A stretch of 44,237 bases of DNA from a virus (lineage: Duplodnaviria; Caudoviricetes), in the IMG/VR virus record IMGVR_UViG_3300035670_000421, positions 1 through 44,237 of that record; one strand, 5' to 3'. Within the stretch, counting starts at the first letter, position 1; the number at the start of each line of letters is the position of its first letter. A model generated the notes under the pieces. It saw nothing but the letters and a program-made list of their open reading frames with translations, ran no database searches and was not told where the DNA came from. Shown here in pieces: positions 9,507-19,088 of this stretch. Both the position numbers and the translations under genes were made by a program.

Positions 9507-10013
9507 TCAGGCTCCAGCAAAACCCTTGGCGAATCCAACATACCCACCACCATTGGCTCCGCCCATCATGCCGCCGCCAACACTTGTGAGAGCGCTTGAG
9601 AACAAACCAAACCGGCCCTCCTGCCTTGTCAGCTTCGATTTCGCCTTGTAATTCATGGCATTCACTTTATGCCCCCATGCCTCACGATTCGCATTGGATC
9701 GGATTGTAAGGGCCTCCAGCTCGCCTGTGGCAGCCGTATCGGAAAGCATGTCAATGGCAGAACCCGAAGCCAGATCTACACCATTGGCAGCAAGGGCGGC
9801 AGATTGGGCGCCCTTCTCCTGCAGGATGCGCTGGCGATGCTGTTTCTCTTCGATGGTGCCGCGAGCGATGGCATCCTTGGAAAGACGGCCCTCAATCTTT
9901 GCGTTTTGATCAGCGACATCAGCGTTGTACATGGCCGACTGATATTGGCTGTACATGCCAACCGCTTGGCCGGCAGCCATCATTGTTACGCCAATAGTGA
10001 CGGGATCACACAT
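9507..10013 (-). CDS. Small internal virion/ejection protein (T7 gp14-like)
   Basis: MCDPVTI start, hydrophobic Gly/Ala-rich ends, AANGVDLASGS motif, synteny. Confidence 0.75.
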   Translation of the reverse strand: MCDPVTIGVTMMAAGQAVGMYSQYQSAMYNADVADQNAKIEGRLSKDAIARGTIEEKQHRQRILQEKGAQSAALAANGVDLASGSAIDMLSDTAATGELEALTIRSNANREAWGHKVNAMNYKAKSKLTRQEGRFGLFSSALTSVGGGMMGGANGGGYVGFAKGFAGA

Positions 10014-10486
10014 TACGCCGCCCTCCTCATTTCAAACCTGTGGAATGGCATCCTCAAAATGCCTGCCGGCTTGGCCTCTTCAATGCGAAAGCCCAGCCAT
10101 TTTAACCAGCGAATTGCCTTCGTGTTACGGGCATCCACATAGTTTACCAGTGAATCAAAATCAGCTGCCATATCATCCACATATTTCGCGCAGCCTCGCA
10201 AGAAAGTCACTTGATGCTTGTCCACCAAATCCGTGCCAAGCATCCACGGATAACCAACCCCGGAAAGACTGGTGCCGGGTGCCACACCAAAAATACAGGC
10301 AACCTCGCCATCAAACAGGGCGGCCCATGCCTTTGTGCTTCTCTCAAGCCCGCGCTCAAGCGCATCTTCAGGGGTTGAAAGGGATGCCGCATACATTTCA
10401 TCCCGATCAGCCTGGCGAACACGGGGCGCCATATGCTTCACATGAAACATACTTGCAGGTACCACCGTCACATTTTTAGCTGCCAA
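10013..10486 (-). CDS. T7 gp13-like GNAT-fold virion assembly protein
   Basis: LVNYVDARNTKAIRWLKWLGF motif; probable TTG start at 10486 after GGAGG. Confidence 0.75.
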   Translation of the reverse strand: MAAKNVTVVPASMFHVKHMAPRVRQADRDEMYAASLSTPEDALERGLERSTKAWAALFDGEVACIFGVAPGTSLSGVGYPWMLGTDLVDKHQVTFLRGCAKYVDDMAADFDSLVNYVDARNTKAIRWLKWLGFRIEEAKPAGILRMPFHRFEMRRAA

Positions 10487-13064
10487 TCGTAACCTCCGGG
10501 ACAATCGCCTGAACCGTCATCGGCAGGGGATCTTCTTGCCTGATGCAAACACGGCCATTGGTTTTCCAGCTGGATTCTACAGCAATACCCATTTCGCCGG
10601 TACGAGGCGCTATCGGATCAAGCGGGGTTTCGTATCCGGGATTGCGCTGCTTGAATTCCTTGAGTTTTGCAAACGATGGGCCGCACATCATGCCCCTCGT
10701 TTTCTGGACCTTCACAACCACTTCCGATACCGATTTCTTGCGCCCGAAGGATGAGCCCTCGTTGCTGCTGAAATCAATATCCAGCGTTTCCATGTCTGCC
10801 GTGTAGGGCAGGCCAATATGGATGCGGGAGCCGGGAGCCTTCAGGGTGACGGAGCCATCGGTTACAACTAGGTCACGCTCGACATTGCCTGTATTCAGCG
10901 CTGAAACCGTGCGGCCTTCAAGATGGTCAAGGCCGGTTACTGTCTGGATGCACACCCTCGCATAGCCGCCAGACTCATAAGCCGTCAGGCCCGTAGGGCT
11001 GACATAGCTGTTGCCGTATCTGTCCTTGAGTTTGAAGCTGTTGGCCGCTGAATCGGATACCGTGAACCGGACATTGTTCAGGTTTTCAAGGCTTGTCTCA
11101 CCATCGCCCGGCTCTTCAGCCACAATGTCAGACAAGTCTATCTGGTCGCCATCGGCATAGCCGTGGCCAGTGATGCCAATGGTGATGTCGCTCACTCCAA
11201 GGGTGATGCTTTCGATAGCCAATGCTGGATCATATGACAGCCCGCTATCCACAAAAAACGCATCACGAATATCAGCAAAATAACGAGTATGAAGGCGCTC
11301 AACATAGCGCTTCCAAGTGCCTCCAATTTTTCGTCTGATAATCGCATAGACCACATCTTCAGAGCCCTCCTTGATACAGCACACGCTCTCGAACTTGCCG
11401 GCGGTTGTGTGCCGCGTCCAGGCCCAGACTTGATGCTCCCGCTGGTATGTCAGGGACAGAAGCACCCCGTCATCCCGCACAGCCCAGATGATCGAATAAG
11501 GCTGCTGGGAATAGCACCACTCGACAATCTCATAACCCTCAAACAGGTGATTGGAGAGGATCGACAGGTCATTGCCGGCATAGCCATCGGCCTCCAGCGT
11601 ATAGCCCAAATCCCGGACGATTGAACCCCTTTCCTGCACAAACAGGATGGTATTGCCGACAATGATTGGCGGAACATCAGAACAGCCATAATAGGTTTGC
11701 GGCTTGATCTGGACGGTAGCCGGCGTCAGTACGCCATCCTCACCGCCTCGCATGATGAATTCGCCACCCGAAGTCAGGATGATCACATCATCCAGCGATA
11801 CGAAATGCCTGATCTGGTTTACCTGTGCCGAGGCAATAGTCATGCTGAACGCATCATCTGCCTTGGTAGGTTCGGAGGCATTCATGTTGGTGTAATTGCC
11901 GATCTGGGATGCCTGTATCAGCTGCGGGTTGTTGACGGTATTGCCGTACAGCAATCGCTGCTGGTGATACATCACGCAGCCAGGCTTATCGCTGGCACCA
12001 GAAAACGGAGTGGTGGCCGTGGTGGACGGCGATGTATCATCAAATGCCGGGTTGGTAATCCAGTCCCGGAATGTTGTGGCAGAGCCATCGGCAGAGCCCA
12101 CATAGCCAAACACGCTGCCAATACCGCCAGTCGCATTGCCGTCACTACGATAAATGTTGTACTTGCTGGCGCCAGAAACGGCAGCCCATGTCACCACGAT
12201 GTTGGTTGAACCCGTGGTGGTAGGCTTGTCCTTGCTGGCCAACGGGGTGCTTTCCTTGGCCAGGCTTTCCTCACCCGTTGATTCATCAACAGCCGTCACC
12301 CGGTAGGTGAAGTCAAAGGAGCCAGCCGTACCGCCTGAAGCGCTACAGGTTGCCGGCGCAGAAATGGATGGCGCATAAGTGATGCTGGTGAGGGACCATG
12401 AGGCATGGCCCGCCCTTGTCAGGTTCCTGGGATCATAGCCATTGCAAACAATCGTCATGGTATCTGCCGATTGCGTGTACTTGAGCATGGGCAGATCGGC
12501 TTCAACATAGGGCGTTGAAAGCGTATACACGCGAGCAAAGTTCCCGCCGCTCGTGTAGGCCAGCCCGGCAAAATCAATGGCCGTGCCATCAATATCCGTC
12601 AGGGTAAAGGTGTCAGTAGCCGCGCCGGCAACCTTGAAATACTTGCCATTCAGGATGGTGCTTAATGTGCCGACAATACCGGAAGCATAAACCCAATCGC
12701 CATTGCTCCAGCCGTGGCCGGTAATCTCGATGGTGTCCGTGGCGATAGTGACGCTGACGATGTTCTGGGCAGATTCAAGCACAAGCCCGCCATCCCGCCA
12801 CACGCGCATATACTGGTCGCCAAACTCCAGGGCATAGGTTTGCTCGACATTGAACTGGAAGGGAATCAGCCTTGCCCTATCGGCATCGACTTTGGTGCGA
12901 TACAGGAATTCAAAGCCGGCGCGATTGGATGCCCCGCCGTGGGCATGAACAAATACATTGAGCCCAGTCTTGAGCCCAACCATGTACTTTTGTAGATCGG
13001 TTCGGGCATAAACCGATGGAGCCAGCTCGCCACCCGTAAACGATAACTGCGGCATTACAGGCAT
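10476..13064 (-). CDS. Tail nozzle / tail tubular protein B
   Basis: 862 aa, N-terminal SFTGGELAP, beta-rich; follows the adaptor gene. Confidence 0.85.
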   Translation of the reverse strand: MPVMPQLSFTGGELAPSVYARTDLQKYMVGLKTGLNVFVHAHGGASNRAGFEFLYRTKVDADRARLIPFQFNVEQTYALEFGDQYMRVWRDGGLVLESAQNIVSVTIATDTIEITGHGWSNGDWVYASGIVGTLSTILNGKYFKVAGAATDTFTLTDIDGTAIDFAGLAYTSGGNFARVYTLSTPYVEADLPMLKYTQSADTMTIVCNGYDPRNLTRAGHASWSLTSITYAPSISAPATCSASGGTAGSFDFTYRVTAVDESTGEESLAKESTPLASKDKPTTTGSTNIVVTWAAVSGASKYNIYRSDGNATGGIGSVFGYVGSADGSATTFRDWITNPAFDDTSPSTTATTPFSGASDKPGCVMYHQQRLLYGNTVNNPQLIQASQIGNYTNMNASEPTKADDAFSMTIASAQVNQIRHFVSLDDVIILTSGGEFIMRGGEDGVLTPATVQIKPQTYYGCSDVPPIIVGNTILFVQERGSIVRDLGYTLEADGYAGNDLSILSNHLFEGYEIVEWCYSQQPYSIIWAVRDDGVLLSLTYQREHQVWAWTRHTTAGKFESVCCIKEGSEDVVYAIIRRKIGGTWKRYVERLHTRYFADIRDAFFVDSGLSYDPALAIESITLGVSDITIGITGHGYADGDQIDLSDIVAEEPGDGETSLENLNNVRFTVSDSAANSFKLKDRYGNSYVSPTGLTAYESGGYARVCIQTVTGLDHLEGRTVSALNTGNVERDLVVTDGSVTLKAPGSRIHIGLPYTADMETLDIDFSSNEGSSFGRKKSVSEVVVKVQKTRGMMCGPSFAKLKEFKQRNPGYETPLDPIAPRTGEMGIAVESSWKTNGRVCIRQEDPLPMTVQAIVPEVTIGS

Positions 13065-13067
13065 GGG

Positions 13068-13667
13068 TTATGCCCTCCACTTATCAACCGCATTCTCATT
13101 GGGAACATCAACCCGGCCTTCATTGCGGCTGATCGCCACAGCCTCATAAACGGATTGCCGGTACATATCCATCAGCTCGCGCTGGCGGGCTTTGTTCTCG
13201 CCGGCCACAGGCTTCAGGATCATGGCGGCCAAAAGGAATGACAGCGATATGATGAAGCCTTGATCGAATCGGTTGCAGTCCTCAATGTCTGCCGTGTAGC
13301 AGATTTCAGGCGCCTCATCATAATCAGTCCAGATGACCTGTGTGCCATCGGATACGCTGCCAATCTCAAATGCTATGGGAGGATCAGGCTGGCGGCCTTC
13401 AGCGCTCACAATATAGCGAACCTTCAGGCAATCGCTGGGGCGCTGGAACTGGTATGTCCAAAGAGTCGGGGCCGTGCCATAGGGTGTCAGGGCCTTGAAC
13501 CGGGTAGAGAATCCCCACGGATGAGCCCGCAGGATGGTATGGCGGCAATGGTCATACCAAAGTCGGCAGGCGACAGCCTCGGTGCTGTTTTCATTCAGCC
13601 CCTGGATGGTGCTTTCACCCCGTATGTGTGAAACCGCGAGTTTCCAGATTTCGACTTTGGATGTCAT
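13068..13667 (-). CDS. Tail adaptor / tail tubular protein A
   Basis: 199 aa, HPWGF and YQFQRPSDCLKV motifs; position before the nozzle gene. Confidence 0.8.
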   Translation of the reverse strand: MTSKVEIWKLAVSHIRGESTIQGLNENSTEAVACRLWYDHCRHTILRAHPWGFSTRFKALTPYGTAPTLWTYQFQRPSDCLKVRYIVSAEGRQPDPPIAFEIGSVSDGTQVIWTDYDEAPEICYTADIEDCNRFDQGFIISLSFLLAAMILKPVAGENKARQRELMDMYRQSVYEAVAISRNEGRVDVPNENAVDKWRA

Positions 13668-13676
13668 GGCCCGACC

Positions 13677-13925
13677 TTAACGAACTTTCGTTATCGAGCA
13701 CTTCGCATCGCCAGTCAAAACCACCTTCACACTAACGCCATCGCCAAGTGTCACAATAAACGCGCTTGACGCAGACTTGCTGGAATCGGGAATGTCGATA
13801 TAGGCGCCCCCGCTAACCTGCGGATCTTTGACCTGCAGCTTGGCTGTACCAGCACTCATTTCGTACTGGACCATGTGATCGCCACCAGGAAACCTAAACT
13901 CTTCACCATTGGTATACTCAGCCAT
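13677..13925 (-). CDS. Hypothetical small beta-rich virion protein
   Basis: 82-aa ORF with GGAGG upstream, inside the structural operon. Confidence 0.65.
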   Translation of the reverse strand: MAEYTNGEEFRFPGGDHMVQYEMSAGTAKLQVKDPQVSGGAYIDIPDSSKSASSAFIVTLGDGVSVKVVLTGDAKCSITKVR

Positions 13926-13947
13926 CGCCTCACCCTCCAGAAATTGA

Positions 13948-13967
13948 CAGGCCCCCGAAGGGGCCTG
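13948..13967 (-). terminator. Hairpin with UUCG loop (terminator or stabiliser) after the head genes
   Basis: CAGGCCCC-TTCG-GGGGCCTG on minus strand; weak U tract. Confidence 0.55.
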
Positions 13968-13973
13968 ACGGTT

Positions 13974-14435
13974 TTATCGCTTGCCAGATGCCGGAATGTA
14001 CTCGCGCATAAAGTCGCGGCTCAATTCAGGCCAGGCATTCTGCACTTCAGAGCGGGTCACTTCTTTTGGTTTGAAGCCACCCAGCCCTTCAATCGCTTCC
14101 ATCGCTGCATCGCCGCCCTTTGTCCAATGGGAAGCGTTTTCTGGATCAAGCTGCTCAAGAGCTGCACGAATGCGAGCCTCTTTGTTTTCAGCTGCCAGCG
14201 TATCTTCAGAATGACTGGTGCGCCGCTTTGGAACAGGCAGCTTTGCCGTGTCATCACTCAACACCTTCACCTGGCCAATCGGCTCAAGGTAACGGGGAAT
14301 CTTGTTCTCAGGGCCTTTGTAGATCGCCCGATTGCGGCCACGCTTATCAGGAGACAAGCGCCGCTTGTCCTCGCCAGGGTTGCCAAAATAACATTCCTGC
14401 AGTACACGACATTCAACTTCAATCACTCTTGACAT
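13974..14435 (-). CDS. Hypothetical phage protein (head region)
   Basis: ATG 14435 with GGAG; 153 aa; C-terminal LDPENASHWTKGG..VTRSEV segment. Confidence 0.65.
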   Translation of the reverse strand: MSRVIEVECRVLQECYFGNPGEDKRRLSPDKRGRNRAIYKGPENKIPRYLEPIGQVKVLSDDTAKLPVPKRRTSHSEDTLAAENKEARIRAALEQLDPENASHWTKGGDAAMEAIEGLGGFKPKEVTRSEVQNAWPELSRDFMREYIPASGKR

Positions 14436-14469
14436 AATCAAAACTCCACTCAGGTTGTATTCAGGCAAG

Positions 14470-14496
14470 GGGCCTGCCGGTTTCCCGGCAGAGCCC
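14470..14496 (-). terminator. GC-rich hairpin with GAAA loop after the cement gene
   Basis: CTGCCGG-GAAA-CCGGCAG; no strong U tract. Confidence 0.4.
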
Positions 14497-14523
14497 GCGC
14501 CCACCACTCAAAAACCTTCAGCC

Positions 14524-14922
14524 TTAGCTGTTGGTTTGTTGATCGTACACAATCGCTGCATGCACTTTACCGACAGTCGGGTTCGAGCCCGCTACAGTGT
14601 AGTACAAGCGCGAATAACGCTCAGCCATCTCGACCGGCACATACAGGCTGAACTTCGCGCCCAGCGTCAATGAGGCCAGTGCGATTGCGCCGGTATCATT
14701 CAAGCTGGCAGCCGAGCCAAACGAGTCTGCCGAGTCGGTTTGAAAACCGATGGTGAGCGATGTCAAAGCGTCAAAAGCCTCCGTGATCGTGATAGCGATA
14801 CAGATCGGGCCGCCTTTACCCAGCTGCGGGTCGGTTACGCGATGGTCAATGATGTTCGTTGACGCAGCGCTCGCCGTGATGGCCTGATCTTCGGAGTACA
14901 GATTCTCTTTGTCGATAATCAT
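14524..14922 (-). CDS. Capsid cement/decoration protein (Bbp16-like)
   Basis: MIIDKENLYSEDQAITASAASTNIID..RYSRLYYTV; directly after the capsid gene. Confidence 0.8.
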   Translation of the reverse strand: MIIDKENLYSEDQAITASAASTNIIDHRVTDPQLGKGGPICIAITITEAFDALTSLTIGFQTDSADSFGSAASLNDTGAIALASLTLGAKFSLYVPVEMAERYSRLYYTVAGSNPTVGKVHAAIVYDQQTNS

Positions 14923-14971
14923 GTCACATGTCTCCAATAAGTTAATGGGACGGACTCAAGCACACCCTCGC

Positions 14972-15976
14972 TTACGCGAAGGTGGCCAGAGATTCCGTGT
15001 TCAGGATCGCTTCACAGGTGCGAATGGGGATGCCCAGGAAGCGCGTCACAGGCTTGCCGTCAAAGTTTTCACTTGTCAGGTTCACATTGGTTTTATCCAA
15101 TGAGCGCTTGTGCAGGGCCTTGGCGACATCCTGGTTGCAGTAGATGGCCATGTTGCCCGCTTTGCGGTTCTTGATGCGGTAATACGCATCAATCAACTTG
15201 TCATCCACATTCACGGAGCCAGCACGCATCGCGCTTACATCAATGTTCGCAACGCGAGCCACTTGGCGCCAATCCTTCACAACCAGGCCAGCTTTCCACT
15301 GGTAGTGCGAGCGGTAGCCTTGGAACTTGCCACCATCTGCATCTTCCAGCGTCACTTCGCCCAAGTCCTTGTGCTGCAATCCAGCCTGTGAGCCTTTCGG
15401 GTAGGTCATGAAAACAGCGTTATCACCCCAACCGATGATCCACATGCTGGTATTGTCAGATCCCGTACCGCCGCCATCAACCACCTGATAGGTGGAAACA
15501 GTGCGAGTATTCGGGGTTGTCTGGCCAGCATCGAAGCGAGGCGTCAAACCCAGGAACTTCTCAGGGTCCGTGCCGGTATCACCATAAAACAGCGTATCCG
15601 CCATTTCCTGGTTCATCGCTTCAAGGAAGGCCGAATCTTCTGACAGACGGAAAGAGGCAGTATTGCCGTTCAAGTCTGCAAGATCCTTATCAACTTCAGC
15701 ATAAGCTTCCAGCATGCCGCAAGTGTCAGTCACTTGTGCGGTTTGTGATTTGCTGGGCTGTACGCCGTAGTTGAGCCTGCGCCATGTCACTGAGGGCAGA
15801 CCAGTGCGAACAGTCGTTTTGTGACCTGTTGGCAGGTTGCCTTCCATGAAAACGGCATCCATCAAGATTTCATTCGTTTCACTCAAAAGCTCAATGATGG
15901 CCGCGATCTTATGGTCGGGATCTTCCCGCTTCATCTTCTCGGCCAGTGTGAGCATGGTAGTACCAAGGGTAGCCAT
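14972..15976 (-). CDS. Major capsid protein (BPP-1/epsilon15 type)
   Basis: 334 aa; IIELLSETNEIL, TGHKTTVRTGLP, DWRQVARVANID, FLGIPIRTCEAILNTE. Confidence 0.9.
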   Translation of the reverse strand: MATLGTTMLTLAEKMKREDPDHKIAAIIELLSETNEILMDAVFMEGNLPTGHKTTVRTGLPSVTWRRLNYGVQPSKSQTAQVTDTCGMLEAYAEVDKDLADLNGNTASFRLSEDSAFLEAMNQEMADTLFYGDTGTDPEKFLGLTPRFDAGQTTPNTRTVSTYQVVDGGGTGSDNTSMWIIGWGDNAVFMTYPKGSQAGLQHKDLGEVTLEDADGGKFQGYRSHYQWKAGLVVKDWRQVARVANIDVSAMRAGSVNVDDKLIDAYYRIKNRKAGNMAIYCNQDVAKALHKRSLDKTNVNLTSENFDGKPVTRFLGIPIRTCEAILNTESLATFA

Positions 15977-15988
15977 AGCTATTCTCCT

Positions 15989-16738
15989 TTACGATTGTTG
16001 ATTGCCATAAAGCCTATCAGCTGCGGACTTCGGAGCGGGAGCGCCGCGAGCGCCACTACCCAATCCCGAAAGACTGTCCTCACTGATTGCTTTGCCAATT
16101 CGGAGCCCGAAACGAACAAGCTCAGGATGATTACCGATGCCGGTATCCTCCAACAGCTTGCCAAGCTCCGGCGTGCCAAACTTCACAAACGCAGACTGCG
16201 CGATCTTGACATTGGCCTCAAATTGCTGGCCATTAACGCCGCCGATCTCACTGTCCTTCGGTAATGAAGATTGCCACTGATCGACCTGGGCAATGTGGTT
16301 ATCAACAAGCGATTTCGATTGCTCCAGCATGCGTGATGAGTATAAATCGACCAGCTTTTGCGCTTGCTCTTGAGTCAGGTTCAACTCCTTAGCAACCGGC
16401 CTGAATGAATCAAGCAAGGCTGTATCGACTGCCATACCCTCGGGCATGCCTTCCGGCATCTTGAAATCAGCATAAGTTTCGGGAGCGCCAACAGCATCAG
16501 GCTTCTTGCCTTCGCCTTTGTCACCCTCGCCACCCTTGTTGCCAGGTTCGTTACCCTGTGCAGGAGCGCCCTTCGGATCAGCACCCGTCAGGACTGTTGA
16601 GCCCTGAGACTGTTGACCTTGTTGGCCAGCTGGTTGCCCAGCCGGTTGAGCTGGTTGCCCAGCCTGTGAACCCGCACCACTTCCGGCTTGCGGGTCCTGA
16701 GCGCCTTGGGGAGCGGCAGCAGTACCTTGGTCAGCCAT
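15989..16738 (-). CDS. Capsid scaffolding protein
   Basis: Gln/Gly/Pro-rich N-terminus, APETYADF, LNLTQEQAQKLVD, GNHPELVR; precedes the capsid gene. Confidence 0.8.
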   Translation of the reverse strand: MADQGTAAAPQGAQDPQAGSGAGSQAGQPAQPAGQPAGQQGQQSQGSTVLTGADPKGAPAQGNEPGNKGGEGDKGEGKKPDAVGAPETYADFKMPEGMPEGMAVDTALLDSFRPVAKELNLTQEQAQKLVDLYSSRMLEQSKSLVDNHIAQVDQWQSSLPKDSEIGGVNGQQFEANVKIAQSAFVKFGTPELGKLLEDTGIGNHPELVRFGLRIGKAISEDSLSGLGSGARGAPAPKSAADRLYGNQQS

Positions 16739-16746
16739 AAAACCTC

Positions 16747-17064
16747 CTACGATTCAGTTGAACACTCACGCGCCATCACTGTGTAAAGATCTGGACACAC
16801 ACGATGACAATCCAAAAACAGGTTTAAGGCACCAGCCCTTCGGCCCTCGTTGAGCGCCATCTTCAATGCAGACTGGTTGTAAGACAGGCGGAATATACCA
16901 CCTTCTGACAATTGTTTCCAAATAAACCGCCTTCCAACAGGCAATTTCATCAGCTCCAGCAAGTCGTTATCTTCAGTTTGCTGGCGGCTTTTGTTCTTTT
17001 GCTTGGCCCGGCCAACGCTTTCCGGATCGCCAGAATCAAAGCCCTCTTCAATATCATCCGTCAT
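16747..17064 (-). CDS. Conserved head-region protein (Bbp19-like)
   Basis: GRRFIW..ALNEGRR motif; between portal and scaffold. Confidence 0.7.
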   Translation of the reverse strand: MTDDIEEGFDSGDPESVGRAKQKNKSRQQTEDNDLLELMKLPVGRRFIWKQLSEGGIFRLSYNQSALKMALNEGRRAGALNLFLDCHRVCPDLYTVMARECSTES

Positions 17065-18785
17065 AATCCACTCACCTGCCTCATCACATCACCCAAAACA
17101 TTACCCTCTTCCGTGCTGGCGCCGCCCAAGTCCTTGGCCGCCTTGGCTATGCCCGGCATCATCGCGCTTTGCTGCATCTGTGCAGCTCGCTGTTCACGCG
17201 CTTGCTTGGAGGCCGCTGCATCTTCAGAGGCAATAATAATTTTCGGAGACACGCCACGCATTTCGCCAAGCATGTCCATGTATTCGTACACATCCACCTT
17301 GTCCATCGCGCCTTCAGACGCCAAGGCAAGGCCAGCTTTGACATACGCATCCATCGCCTCGATGCCGATAGATCGCTGGGCTTGGGCAAGGATGGATATG
17401 TATTCCACCTTCAGGTTGACATCAGCCAACTCAGGTGGAGGCGGGGGCAATGGCGGCTCACCGGGTTTCATGCCAGCCCAATAGGGCTCGCTCTCACGGA
17501 CCATCATGTTAAACACGCGATCAATCATGCCATCCAGGCTGGATTCCAATTGCTCAAGCACAGGGCCAAGCATCAGTAACTTCTCTTGCCGGCGCTCATC
17601 AATCTCGGTTGCTGTGATCTGCGCCCGGTCAAGCTCGCTGATCATCAAGAACAAATCCTTGTACAGGATGTCATTGATGCGGGCTTCAATCTCCCGGATG
17701 TCCTCACGCAATGCCTGTATGCCGGACGGATGCGGCATAAACAATGGCTCGATTTTCGTATCACCAGACACTGAATCGTAGAATGTAACCTCGCCCGGTA
17801 TCTGGCTCACGCGCCGATCCTGCAGCTGCGATGGCGCCTGCAAGGCAGGGCGAGTCATCTTGTCAATCAGCTCGCCCTTGCGCCGCTCTTCATGCTGCAG
17901 CTGCTTGTTGGCGCCAAGCGCCTCCATAACAGGACCACGCGCATAGATGTCATCCTCATTGAATGCCCAACGCAGGACAACAATGGGGAATTCCCGGAAG
18001 CCGGACTTCTTGAGGATGCCCGTGCAATTCTGCCCAACCTCATACCAGACAGAGCGGAACAGCATGTTCTGGTTATCAACCCGGCCAATCACCCGACTGT
18101 CATTGGGCTCGACAAGGTGAACCACCGTCACCCATGCGTCAGGGTTTGTCCTGAGCAAATCCTTGGTTGCGGCAGATAGAACCTCAAGCCCGAATTGCTG
18201 TTCCATGTTGCGAGCCGTCATCTGGAACTCGCGGTAGAAAGTATCAATCACGCCGCGATAGCTTTGGGCCAACCAGAACGAGCCAGGCGCATAGTTGTAG
18301 AACCGGCAAAGGGTTTCAGGATCTTCCATGACACACATGGCCGATGTCCCGAAATCCACTTCCTCTTCGTACAAGCGAGGCAAAGCCTGATACAGGTTTG
18401 ATCTGCGGAATACCGACAGGACGGATTGCTGCGCCTCACTCAGCCACATCTGCACAGCAGGCGAGCTATTGAGCCGGCGGTTCTCTGCAGCAAATCGGAG
18501 CCAAGGCCTTGCAGGACTGGTGACGCCGGCCATGAGGCCAGACACAAGCGCCCTGCGGGCAATGATGATGGTTTCGTTGATGATCTTCTGGTTGCGCTTG
18601 TCACCCTTGTTGCGCTGGTTCGGGTTGAACCGGCCACGCAATGGGTTTGTCCACTCGCTGATTTCTTTGTAGTGCTGGTCCCATCCAGCACTCATGCGCT
18701 CGTTTTTGAGCGCCTTCAGCCGCTGTTCGTAGCGCTTGCGCTCTTCAGCAGTAACTTTGTCCTTGCCAGCCTTATCGTCAGCCAT
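17061..18785 (-). CDS. Portal protein (head-tail connector)
   Basis: 574 aa; GVTSPARPW, ITATEIDERRQEKLLMLGPVLE, VEYISILAQAQ. Confidence 0.92.
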   Translation of the reverse strand: MADDKAGKDKVTAEERKRYEQRLKALKNERMSAGWDQHYKEISEWTNPLRGRFNPNQRNKGDKRNQKIINETIIIARRALVSGLMAGVTSPARPWLRFAAENRRLNSSPAVQMWLSEAQQSVLSVFRRSNLYQALPRLYEEEVDFGTSAMCVMEDPETLCRFYNYAPGSFWLAQSYRGVIDTFYREFQMTARNMEQQFGLEVLSAATKDLLRTNPDAWVTVVHLVEPNDSRVIGRVDNQNMLFRSVWYEVGQNCTGILKKSGFREFPIVVLRWAFNEDDIYARGPVMEALGANKQLQHEERRKGELIDKMTRPALQAPSQLQDRRVSQIPGEVTFYDSVSGDTKIEPLFMPHPSGIQALREDIREIEARINDILYKDLFLMISELDRAQITATEIDERRQEKLLMLGPVLEQLESSLDGMIDRVFNMMVRESEPYWAGMKPGEPPLPPPPPELADVNLKVEYISILAQAQRSIGIEAMDAYVKAGLALASEGAMDKVDVYEYMDMLGEMRGVSPKIIIASEDAAASKQAREQRAAQMQQSAMMPGIAKAAKDLGGASTEEGNVLGDVMRQVSGL

Positions 18786-18791
18786 CGGGTA

Positions 18792-18992
18792 TCAGTATCC
18801 GCCAAGGCTGGATGCGCCTGTACTTGCAGACGATTGAAGGCCGCCAGGGCCAGTCAGGATGGTTGATTGCCGGCCCATTGCTTTGCGCCTGCGATCTTTC
18901 TCCATTTCGCGCTGCCGTGAGACATTCTCATCGACATTGGTGGGCGGGGGCGGAGGAGGAGGCGGAGCCTTCGGGGCTGATGCTTTGCACAT
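18792..18992 (-). CDS. Small Pro-rich virion protein upstream of portal (T7 gp7.3-like position)
   Basis: 66 aa, poly-Pro, GRQSTILTG motif. Confidence 0.7.
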   Translation of the reverse strand: MCKASAPKAPPPPPPPPTNVDENVSRQREMEKDRRRKAMGRQSTILTGPGGLQSSASTGASSLGGY

Positions 18993-19055
18993 AAAACGAT
19001 TCCCTCATGTCTCAATTGGAACACGGCAATACGGCAATACGGGTAATCGGTGTGG

Positions 19056-19085
19056 AGTATATCGGTTGACAATTGGTCAATGCAA
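19056..19085 (-). promoter_or_regulatory. Putative structural-operon promoter with operator in the spacer (19066-19080)
   Basis: TTGCAT-18 nt-TATACT; TTGAC-AATTG-GTCAA palindrome. Confidence 0.6.
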
Positions 19086-19088
19086 TAG

